Part shown: piece by piece, positions 1 to 9,300 of the stretch
Position numbering within the stretch: the stretch's first letter is position 1
How the letters are laid out: the number at the start of each line of letters is the position of its first letter
Source of the DNA: Blastocatellia bacterium
GTDB lineage: Bacteria > Acidobacteriota > Blastocatellia > HR10 > J050
NCBI GenBank assembly: GCA_025054955.1
Contig: JANWZE010000112.1
Coordinates: 2,310-66,309 of the forward strand
Length of the DNA stretch: 64,000 nucleotides
Direction: 5' to 3'
The notes under the pieces: generated by a model
Told to the model about the DNA's origin: nothing
Database searches by the model: none
Seen by the model: only the letters and a program-made list of their open reading frames with translations
Translations under genes and position numbers: made by a program

Positions 1-360
1 ACCGAAGAGGTGTGCTGTGCCACGGCGGCGTTCTACGAGGCGTTACAGGCGTATGATTGGCCGGGCAATGTGCGTGAGTTAGAGAATTTGATCATTCGGT
101 TGCTGACGGATGTGCGCGATGAGGTGCTGGATGTGAAGCATCTGCCGGAGGAGATTCGACGGGCTTCCATGCAGGTGAACAAGCCGACGGTGGAAGAGCT
201 CCGTCTGGATGTAGCGATGAAGAGACACATCGAGCTAGTGCTGCGAATGACCAACTACAACCAGCGCCAGGCGGCTAAGATTTTGCGTATCCCGTATTCT
301 ACACTTCAGAACAAGATCAAAAAATTAGGAGTCGAGATCAAAAGAAAGCTGAGGGTTTAG
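1..360 (+). CDS. sigma-54-dependent transcriptional activator (bEBP), C-terminal part (5'-partial; AAA+ tail and Fis-type HTH)
   Basis: ORF runs off the window start; motifs WPGNVRELEN (sigma-54 interaction domain C-terminal signature) and C-terminal HTH QRQAAKILRIPYSTLQNKIKKLGV. Confidence 0.8.
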   Translation, partial: TEEVCCATAAFYEALQAYDWPGNVRELENLIIRLLTDVRDEVLDVKHLPEEIRRASMQVNKPTVEELRLDVAMKRHIELVLRMTNYNQRQAAKILRIPYSTLQNKIKKLGVEIKRKLRV

Positions 361-610
361 GCTCAGATTGTCTCGAACGAAACGGGCTCCCTTCACCATT
401 TTGTGAATACGAGGTTTTGATTCACCGTATTTGGTGAACGGGATTTCTTCTTTATAGGAAATAGCTTTCCTCGATTTTCTCGCCGCTCCTATTCTGAGTC
501 ACCATATTCGGTGAATCGGAGTCTTGAACCGGTTGACTTGGCAGATCGGCCTCTTTCGTCTATCCGTGGGCATGCAAGCAGTTAGCAATTTCCTTTGTTG
601 TTAGCTTCTC

Positions 611-626
611 TGGCACTGAGATTGCA
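611..626 (+). promoter_or_regulatory. candidate sigma-54 (-24/-12) promoter TGGCAC-N5-TTGCA
   Basis: ctggcactgagattgcaaag: GG and GC with canonical spacing; ~310 bp upstream of giant gene at 938 and downstream of bEBP gene. Confidence 0.6.
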
Positions 627-937
627 AAGAAAAAGATTGATAACCAAGCTGAACTGGCATGCCGAACTCTTCTTGGTGAGAGAAGTGAATTGTGAAGCAT
701 GAGGTGAGTTTATGGTGGTGTTCAATAAGAAGTTTTTGAATGTAGTGGGGGGTAAGACTTGCGCGAGAAGAAACGGTGCACAACTTGGCTAACGGCAGGC
801 TAGGATTTTGTTTCTTCTTCGGTGGCTTGAGTCCTCTTTGTGATTTGGCAGGACTCGCGGAACGAGTAGCTTAAGCCCCCAACGATCTGAAACAAGGTTC
901 TATTGTTGTTAAGGTCTCGTTAAGGAGGGGACGATAT

Positions 938-3900
938 ATGCAACGCTCAAATTCATTTAGAATGCTCGCGTCTATCCTGGTTTTTGGCCTCATAATCAAT
1001 CTCTTTTGGGTCCGGCATTTTCATCAAGCGGCTTCCGTAGCTCATGCTGTTTTGCCGGAGGCCAGGCCTTTTGGACACGTTATGCTACCTAGTCTTGACA
1101 TTGAGCCTGCGGCGGCAGCGCCCATGCAAGGGCCGAGCGTGGACATCGAAGGCGGGAGTATCCTGATTGGTCAGCGGGTGCAGGGAGTGATTGACTCCAA
1201 TTCGGATGCTGACGTGTATCAATTTCAGGGCGTCGCCGGTGAGTCGGTGAGGATCGAAGTGAATACCACATCGGGCGCACTCGATCCGGCGGTCACGCTC
1301 TTTCTCGATGCCTCGCGATTCTTCCCGCGTCCGCCGAGTCCCGCACATTCACTTTCCGCCGGCATGGAGGTCTTCACGCAATCATTCGCTGAAGACCTGG
1401 CTCAGCAGGGCACGGTATTTGTTGACATCACCGCGCCACCCGATGGCTCGACAATTCCTATTCCCGCCAATCCGACTAATATTCAGTTAAGCGGCAAGGC
1501 GGGAGTCACGGGAACTGGCGTTCCGACGAATCTCGAAGTCTGCATCGTGCTCGACGTTTCAGGCAGTGTGGACGATCAGGAGCACAGCTTGCAGGTCGCG
1601 GGTGTGCGCGCGATTCTGGCCGCCCTTGACCCCGATGGTGATGGGTTGCTCACATCGTCGGTCGCATTGGTTCAATTTCATACCACGGCCGCCATCGTCG
1701 TTCCGCTGACTCGATCGCGCGCCCAAATAGAGAGCGGCCTGGCGCGAATCGGATCGGGCAGCACCAATTACTGGGACGCGCTTGAGAAAGCCCTTCAGGC
1801 ACTGGCTCCTTCCAGCGCGACAGATAATATCGCCGAGATGGTGCTCTTTTTCTCGGATGGAGAACCCAACACAGGTGGGGATTACAGAGCGCCTGGAGGC
1901 CCGCTCGAACGCTTCCGTCCTGCTGGGATTCGAATTGATACGTTCGGCATCGGCACTGAAGTGCGTGCATCCACACTGATCGAAATCGCCCAAGCCACAG
2001 GCGGCACGTTCACGGCGATTCCCACGTTCGCGGATGTTCCGAGGGTTACCGCCTCGCTGCCGGGCGTCGTTGGGCTTCAATCCGTCGTGATTGATACCAC
2101 CGGTGATGATCGCGGCGATGTCACCGCCAATGTCGGCGTTGACGGGAGCTTCACTGCCACTGTGCCCTGTCGCGTCGGGCGAAATGTTTACACGGCGATT
2201 GCGACGGCCACTAATCCGAGTCTGCCGGCAGCAAGGGACACAATCACTGTATTTGGTCAGCTTCGGCCACATGTCGGTTCCAACATCGGCGTCATCCATG
2301 ATGATAATTCCGGTCCTGGCAACAATGCGCTCATCAACGTAATTCAATTGCCGGTGTCGGGCAGATACCTCATTCTGGTAGCTTCCTCTAGGAGCGCTAG
2401 CAGCGGCGGTTATGAACTGATTCTCAGTCCGATTGACAAAAATAGCAACGCCGTGGCCATCGGTGTGGGCAACGAAGTCAGGATCCATAGTACGCAGACC
2501 GGCGCTCAAGCGCTGTCGCTTGGCTTGGCCACATTTCTCGGCTTTAGTCCGAGTGGCGAAACAGCCGCCATCGGTGTGGGCAATGAGGTTAGAATCCTCA
2601 ACACCCAAACAGGCAATCAGACGGTCTCACTCGGGTTGGCGACGTTCTTGGCGTACTCGCCTGATGGAGAGGCGGTTGCAATCAGAGTTGGCAACGATGT
2701 TCGCATCCACAATGCTCTCACCGGCCAGCAGATGGTATCACTCGGCTCAGCTACGTTTCTCGGTTTCAGTCCGACTGGAGAAATGGTAGCCGTCGCCGTC
2801 GGCACTGATGTGAGAGTTCACAACACACGCACCGGCGCGCAAACGGTATCGCTTGGGTCGGCGACGTTCCTGGGGTTTTCACCTGAGGGGGAGACGGCGG
2901 CTATCGGTGTCGGCGCGGACGTTCGGGTTCATAACGCTCGTACCGGCGCGCAAGTGATCTCGCTAGGCTCAGCGACGTTTCTGGGATTCTCGCCCGATGG
3001 GGAGGCGGTCGCCTTCGGTGTGGGCACGGATGTTCGGATTCATAATACTCGGACGGGCGCGCAAGTGATCTCGCTTGCGGCGGCCACGTTTTTGGGTTTC
3101 TCGCCTGACGGACAATCCGTTGCCGTCGGCGTTGGAAGGGATGTTCGCATTCATAATGTACAGACTGGTCAGCAGGTGCTCTCACTTAGCTCGGCCACGT
3201 TTTTGGGTTTCTCGCCAGATGGAGATACTGCTGCCATTGGCGTCGGGACCGACGTTCGCATTCACAATACGCGAACCGGCCAGCAGATGGTATCGCTCGG
3301 CTCGGCCACGTTCTCGGCATTTTCGCCAGATGGAGAGACCGTCGTGATGACTGTTGGCGGCGATGTTCGCATCCACAATGTTCAGAGCGGCGCGCAAGTG
3401 TTGTCGCTCGGCTCGGCCACGTTCCAAGGGTTCAGCCCGGATTCAGGAGCAGTGGCACTCCGAGTGGGAAATGATGTACGCATCCACAACGCTCGCACGG
3501 GCGGGCAAACGGTGTCGCTGGCATCAGCGACCTTCTTGGCATTCTCGCCGGACGGACAAACCGCTGCTATCGGCGTCGGCACTGATGTGCGAATTCACAA
3601 CACGCGGACGGGTCAGCAGGTGGTGTCACTTGGGTCGGCGACGTTCTTGGGATTCTCGCCTGAGGGGGAGACAGTGGCCATCGGCGTTGGCACGGATGTG
3701 CGGATTCATAACACACGGTCTGGTCAGCAAGTGGTGTCGCTTGGGTCAGCGACGTTTCAGGCGTTTTCGCCTGACGGAGAGACGGTCGCCATCCGCGTCG
3801 GCACTGATGTGCGCATTCACAATGCGCGAACCGGCCAACAGATGGTCTCGCTCGGCTCGGCCACGTTTGTGGCGTTCAGCTTGGATGGGGATGCTGTGGC

Positions 3901-5824
3901 CATCGCCGTCGGCACTGATGTGAGAGTTCACAACACACGCACCGGCGCGCAAACGGTATCGCTTGGGTCAGCGACGTTTTTGGCGTTCAGCTTCGACCAT
4001 ACGCGGGGACCCTCCGGCGGGCAAGGCCTGAACGATCTTTGCATCAACGCCAGAGAGATTACCAGAGTGCCATTCACCGAGACGCTCGATACGACGCGAG
4101 CGACCAGGTCCGATGACGATCCGCTGCAATCATGCACAGGTTCGCTGCGGAATTCCAATAGCGTTTGGTATAGGTTCACCCCAAGCACGAGCGGCACCGT
4201 CACTGCCGACACCGCCGGGAGTAATTATGACACAGTTCTCTCGGCCCATATCGGGTCGTGTGGTGCGCTGAGTGAAGTAGCTTGTGATGATGATAGCGGC
4301 CCCGGCCTCACCTCGCAGATAAGGTTCGAGGCGATTGGTGGGCGAGCGTACTTTTTCATGGTGACCTCCTTTGGTTCCAGTTCAGGGGGCGGCACGTTGG
4401 TGTTCAACCTGCAATTTGCGCCGCGCGGGCAGCGGATCATTCGTGTTGCTCAACGCGGCGGCGGCGATTTCGCCAGCGTGCAAACGGCCATTGACGCTGC
4501 ACGACAGGGCGACATTGTCGAGATCATTGATTCGGAGACGTATCGTGAGAATCTGCTGATCACGACCAATGACATCACGGTACGTGCTGCGCAAGGTCGA
4601 ACGCCGGTGATTGATGGAAGCTCCAGAGAAGGGCACGCCATCGAAATAAACGGCGCAACCGGCGTCACCATCGAACGGTTAACCATTCGAGGTGCAACTG
4701 GAGGCGGCGTGGCCGGCGTGCGGGCTCGCAACGGCGCAAGCGCAACGCTGATCAACAACGTGATCACGAGTAATACACGCGGCGTCAGCGTCTCTGCCTC
4801 GCAGGTGATTCTGCGAAATAATCGGGTCGAGAATAATCGTGGGACGGGCATCATCTTCTTCACTGGATCGTCCGGCTTCATCGAGGGTAATACGATTCAA
4901 AACAACAATGACAATGATCCCACTTCGCCGTTCGATCGGGGAATCGAGCTTCAGAATCTGGCACAGACGATGGAAATCAGGAACAACACGATCTCCGGCA
5001 ATGCCAGCCACGGGGTCATTATTTTCAGCTCCAACGTGACACTGACAGGCAATACCATCTCGGGGAACGTTCTCGGTATCCTGGCAACGCTCTTCAGCAG
5101 CTCGGCCTCGGGGTCAGTCGCCATGATTCGGAGCAATACCATTGAGAATCACCAGCAAGGGGGTATCTTGCTTCTTGCTCAGACATCAGGAGAGATCACC
5201 GCCAATAAGATTCTCAATAACAACGATCGGAATGCCAGTACCTTCTTTGATCGTGGGATTGAGCTGGTCAACACGGCGGGCGAGATGCGGATCCAGAACA
5301 ACGAGATCACCGGCAATGGGAATCAAGGGGTGATCATCTTCTCGACGCGAGCGCGGTTGATCAACAACTTGATCGCCAATAACACGGCGGGAGTTGTCCT
5401 GAACGCGTCCTCCGATACGCCGACGGTTGGGGCGCAAGTGAGTCTCATCAACAACACGGTCGCGTTGAACCGCGATCTCGGCGTCGGCGTCGTCACGGGC
5501 TCGAACTCGCGGGCAACCATCATCAATTCGATCATCAGCGGCAATACTGATGATCTCGATGGTGTGGCTGCCGCTGATGTGAGCTTCACGTTGATCGGAG
5601 ACGGGACGTTCGCCACGCTGAACAACAATCTGACCGGCGATCCGAGGTTCGTGAATGCTGCGGGCGGCAATTTCCGGCTCCAATCTAATTCGCCAGCGAT
5701 TGATCGCGGCAGCAATGCAGCCATCGCCGGCGTCACGACCGATTTGGCCGGCAACCCGCGCATCGTGGACGGCAATCGGGATGGCACGGCGACCGTAGAT
5801 CTCGGCGCGTATGAGTTTCAATAG
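938..5824 (+). CDS. giant secreted multi-domain surface protein (N-terminal TM/signal, PPC-like, VWA with DxSxS MIDAS, PPC-like, 14x PD40/WD40-like 37-aa repeats, PPC-like, long right-handed parallel beta-helix region)
   Basis: 1628-aa ORF; RBS aaggagggg before ATG; LDVSGSVDD MIDAS motif; repeats ...FSPDGET.AIGVGTDVRIHNTRTG...; NNxIxGN beta-helix repeats; C-terminal DLGAYEF. Confidence 0.8.
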   Translation: MQRSNSFRMLASILVFGLIINLFWVRHFHQAASVAHAVLPEARPFGHVMLPSLDIEPAAAAPMQGPSVDIEGGSILIGQRVQGVIDSNSDADVYQFQGVAGESVRIEVNTTSGALDPAVTLFLDASRFFPRPPSPAHSLSAGMEVFTQSFAEDLAQQGTVFVDITAPPDGSTIPIPANPTNIQLSGKAGVTGTGVPTNLEVCIVLDVSGSVDDQEHSLQVAGVRAILAALDPDGDGLLTSSVALVQFHTTAAIVVPLTRSRAQIESGLARIGSGSTNYWDALEKALQALAPSSATDNIAEMVLFFSDGEPNTGGDYRAPGGPLERFRPAGIRIDTFGIGTEVRASTLIEIAQATGGTFTAIPTFADVPRVTASLPGVVGLQSVVIDTTGDDRGDVTANVGVDGSFTATVPCRVGRNVYTAIATATNPSLPAARDTITVFGQLRPHVGSNIGVIHDDNSGPGNNALINVIQLPVSGRYLILVASSRSASSGGYELILSPIDKNSNAVAIGVGNEVRIHSTQTGAQALSLGLATFLGFSPSGETAAIGVGNEVRILNTQTGNQTVSLGLATFLAYSPDGEAVAIRVGNDVRIHNALTGQQMVSLGSATFLGFSPTGEMVAVAVGTDVRVHNTRTGAQTVSLGSATFLGFSPEGETAAIGVGADVRVHNARTGAQVISLGSATFLGFSPDGEAVAFGVGTDVRIHNTRTGAQVISLAAATFLGFSPDGQSVAVGVGRDVRIHNVQTGQQVLSLSSATFLGFSPDGDTAAIGVGTDVRIHNTRTGQQMVSLGSATFSAFSPDGETVVMTVGGDVRIHNVQSGAQVLSLGSATFQGFSPDSGAVALRVGNDVRIHNARTGGQTVSLASATFLAFSPDGQTAAIGVGTDVRIHNTRTGQQVVSLGSATFLGFSPEGETVAIGVGTDVRIHNTRSGQQVVSLGSATFQAFSPDGETVAIRVGTDVRIHNARTGQQMVSLGSATFVAFSLDGDAVAIAVGTDVRVHNTRTGAQTVSLGSATFLAFSFDHTRGPSGGQGLNDLCINAREITRVPFTETLDTTRATRSDDDPLQSCTGSLRNSNSVWYRFTPSTSGTVTADTAGSNYDTVLSAHIGSCGALSEVACDDDSGPGLTSQIRFEAIGGRAYFFMVTSFGSSSGGGTLVFNLQFAPRGQRIIRVAQRGGGDFASVQTAIDAARQGDIVEIIDSETYRENLLITTNDITVRAAQGRTPVIDGSSREGHAIEINGATGVTIERLTIRGATGGGVAGVRARNGASATLINNVITSNTRGVSVSASQVILRNNRVENNRGTGIIFFTGSSGFIEGNTIQNNNDNDPTSPFDRGIELQNLAQTMEIRNNTISGNASHGVIIFSSNVTLTGNTISGNVLGILATLFSSSASGSVAMIRSNTIENHQQGGILLLAQTSGEITANKILNNNDRNASTFFDRGIELVNTAGEMRIQNNEITGNGNQGVIIFSTRARLINNLIANNTAGVVLNASSDTPTVGAQVSLINNTVALNRDLGVGVVTGSNSRATIINSIISGNTDDLDGVAAADVSFTLIGDGTFATLNNNLTGDPRFVNAAGGNFRLQSNSPAIDRGSNAAIAGVTTDLAGNPRIVDGNRDGTATVDLGAYEFQ
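2451..4004 (+). repeat. intragenic tandem repeat, 14 copies x 111 bp (37 aa), near-identical at DNA level
   Basis: blocks such as ggcgtcggcactgatgtgcg(a/c)attcacaacacgcg recur every 111 bp; encode PD40-like blades. Confidence 0.85.
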
Positions 5825-6287
5825 AGCGATTTGTGAATAAGTTGACCCTGGGGGCGCGTGCTTGCAGCGTGCATGAGCCGGCAAGATCCGAGGCCCCCAG
5901 TCAAAGGCAACTGAAAATCGCTCTCGATCACCCGGCAAAACACGCGGACGAGGCCAGATGAGAACCCTCACTATGACCTGCGTCAATTGCGGGATGACTG
6001 GTGTTTCAGAGATGAAACGGAGATTTCAAATATGAGCGGATCATTTCGACTATAGTTTTTGCGCTAGAGCTCATTGATTCGGATAGGATTTTTCTCAGCA
6101 AACCATCGGTTGGCGACACAACTTGTTGGTGAACTGGTTATTTGGTTCATTCTGTGCAGAAGGTGTTTCAGCATCGCAACGTGTAGAGCAAAAATAGAAG
6201 AGCACGGCTTGAAAACCTTCGAGGCAATCTCTAGCCAAGCTATTTTCAAATCAGGTGATTAAGCGGTTTGAGCTGCGCTTGCTGCTC

Positions 6288-6303
6288 TGGCACGTTGATT
6301 GCT
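6288..6303 (+). promoter_or_regulatory. candidate sigma-54 promoter TGGCACG-N4-TTGCT (perfect consensus)
   Basis: ctctggcacgttgattgcttcg ~80 bp upstream of start codon at 6383. Confidence 0.65.
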
Positions 6304-6382
6304 TCGTAACGGCTGGTTCTCGGCAAGGAACTGAGAGCCAATGCTGATAGCGAAATTTTTGAAGCTAAAGGAGAGAAGAATC

Positions 6383-9300
6383 ATGAATCGGATTTTGATA
6401 AGCGTTGTATCCGTGACCGCGCTCTTGGCCTCTGCTGCGGCCCTTCCGGTGGTGGATGCTTATCGGGACGGTGGACAGAAGGTGGTGGTGTCAGGAGCGA
6501 GGTCAGCTCCTCATCAATTGAACACTCATACAGAAACGAATTGGGCCAGGATGGCCTATGTGGTGAGGCCCGACACGGCGAAGACGGCATCAGCGCTGGC
6601 CGGGCTACGGGCCGTCCAGTTAATTGAGCGCGACTTCAACGGAGATGGACGGGCTGACATGCTGGCTGTCTACCGAGGCGCTGGTCAGGCTCAGGTGAGT
6701 TTGCGCTTAAATCAGGAATCGGGAGGTTTTTCTCAACACCATGTTTCGGCGCTGGCCGGTCAATCTCCAACAGCCGTGGTGGTGGAAGACATCAATTTCG
6801 ACGGGCATCCGGATGTGTTGATCGCGTTTGAGGACCTTGCTGCTGTTTCCTTGGTTGAGGGCCTCGGTGGGGGCACTTTTGGCGAAAAGCAATTTGCTAC
6901 TGGAACTGCTGTGCAGGCGATGACAGTGGCCGATTTTGACCAGGATGGCTATGTGGATATCCTTGCAGCGGGCGCTTCGGCTCAGGCTGTGGTGTTATTG
7001 CGGGGTAACGATCACGGGTTTGGATTGCCGGTAACGTTGTACACTTGGCCAGAGGAGAAGCGGATTGAGCCGGTCGCGCTGAACGTCGTTGATGTGGATC
7101 AAGATGGGTTATCCGATGTGGCTGTGACGCACCGTCGTGGAGTAGACGTGTTGGTGGCGGCCAACGTGTATGAGCCAACAACGTTAATCGTCACACCGGC
7201 GAGCGTGGTTGATGTAGCGTGGGCGGATTTCAATGACGATCAGAAGCTGGATTATCTGATTGCCTTAAGTAATGGCTATCTGCAGATAGGGTTGAGCAAT
7301 CAAGATGGTCGTTTTAGCAGAACGCAGACGTTGCAAACTGGTATGCTGATCAAACAGGTTGCCACGGCTCAGTTGAATGATGACGGCTATGCCGACGTGG
7401 TGATGGTCTGCGCCGAAGAAAAGAGTTTGTTGCTTGCGCTCAACGATGGCAGTGGCGGCTTGAGCCGCACGTCTCGGTTAACGCTCACTGCCCAGCCCGA
7501 TGCCGTGACAAAGACGCGGCTGAATAAAGATGGGATTGATGATTTGGTGATTGCTGCGGATGATGGTGGCATGCACACGGCGGCGAGCGTGACAGCGACG
7601 ATCACCGTCAATTCCACACGCGATGTCATGGATATTCCAGCCAACGGGCAAATGAGTCATCTGCCTGGGCCGGATGGCCGAGTCTGTTTGCGGGAAGCCA
7701 TCGTTGCAGCCAATAACACGGCTGGTCCGCAGACGATCGTGTTCAACATTCCCAGGTCAGATAGCGGGTTTGATGGCAGAGTATTTCGTTTGCAAGTGAC
7801 GTCAGCCTTGCCGGAGCTGAGCGGCGGTGGAACGACGATTGATGGATCGAGCCAGACGTTGTTCACAGGTGACACCAACCGGGCCGGTCCGGAAATCTTT
7901 CTTGATGGCCGCGCTGCCGGTCGCAATGTGGATGGCCTTTCGATGACGTCCTCGCTTAACGTCGTTCAGGGGTTGATTGTGTCGTCGTTTTCAGGCAGCG
8001 GTGTGAAGATGCTCGGTCGGGCGGTCCAGAATATCTTGGTTGGTTGTTACATCGGCACCAATGAAACCGGCACAGAAGCTCGTCCAAACGGCTTCTCCGG
8101 CGTCGTGGTGGCCGGTCAGGGATCGCAATCCAACCTGATTGGCGGGACCGTCGCAGAAGATCGGAATGTAATTTCCGGCAACGGCAGTCACGGCATCACG
8201 ATCCAATTTCCTTCATTCGACAATCGCGTGTGGGGCAACTATATCGGCACGACAGCCGCTGGCGATGCGCCACTGCCGAATCTGGCCAACGGCGTGTACA
8301 TCACGAGCGCCCGAGAAAACTTGATCGGCGGCGTTTTTCCAGGCGCTGGCAACGTGATTGCCGGCAATGGGCGACATGGCATCAGCATTGAATCCGGTTT
8401 GAGCAATCAGGTTCAAGGCAATCTGATCGGGACCGATGCGACAGGCTCAGTCGCACTCGCCAACGGACAACACGGGATTGTCGTTTCATTTGGTTCCGAC
8501 TCAACGCTCATTGGCGGCACAGGCGCGTTGGCCCGCAACGTCATTTCGGGCAATGGACTGAACGGCGTGGAAATCACCCAGAGCAGTCAGAATACGCGCG
8601 TGTCGGGCAATCTGGTGGGCACGAATCAAGCCGGCACAGCCCCGTTGCCGAACGGCGTCAACGGCGTGTTGGTAACAACCGGCGCCACACAAACTCTTAT
8701 TGGCGGTTTGAACCCGCAATCGAAAAACGTCATTGCCGGCAATAAAGGAAGTGGCGTAGTCTTGGAACGCGATTCTTCATTGAACAACCTGCAAGGCAAC
8801 TATATTGGTCTGGATGCAACCGGCGCAGCGGTGTTGGCTAACGGCGGTGACGGCGTGACGTTGCGTAACACGACCAATAACACGATTGGCGGCCGTGAGC
8901 CGGGTGCAGCCAATGTGATTGCCGGCAACCGTGGCAACGGCGTCATGTTGTCTGGCGCCAATGGCAATCGCGTGATCGGCAATATCATTGGCGCCAATGT
9001 GGATCAGACCGTGCAATGGGGCAATGCCGAGAACGGCATTCTCGTTCAGGACGCCGGCAGCAATACGTTCGAAGCGAACACGATCACGGCCAGTGGTCGA
9101 GCCGGCGTGATGGTGCTGGGCGCGTCGCTGCAAAATCGAGTCAGCAAAAATGCCATCTACAACAACCGCACGCTTGGTATTGATCTGAACGGCGACGGTG
9201 TGACGCATAATGATCCGAGCGACCTGGATTCAGGCCCCAACGGACTGCGCAATTTCCCCATCATCACCGGCGTCAGTGAAGAAGCATCGGGTTTGATGGT

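Noticed and set aside
1559-2608. 349-aa antisense ORF inside giant gene 1 (and similar long antisense ORFs at 5186-5986, 8777-9208, 21409-22188, 26416-27621, 29685-30389, 33055-33780, 55379-56125)
   Set aside because: High-GC genomes generate long stop-free antisense frames; these lack RBS, have no recognisable motifs, and the opposing frames carry unmistakable conserved domains.
5845-5905. Terminator after giant gene 1 (CTGGGGGC ... GCCCCCAG)
   Set aside because: 8-bp stem but a 38-nt loop and no downstream T-tract; too weak to call, unlike the clean terminator after gene 2.
6095-6125. Third sigma-54-like site TTGGCGACACAACTTGTTGG
   Set aside because: GC of the -12 element is displaced by one position (TG at the required spot); does not meet the consensus spacing.
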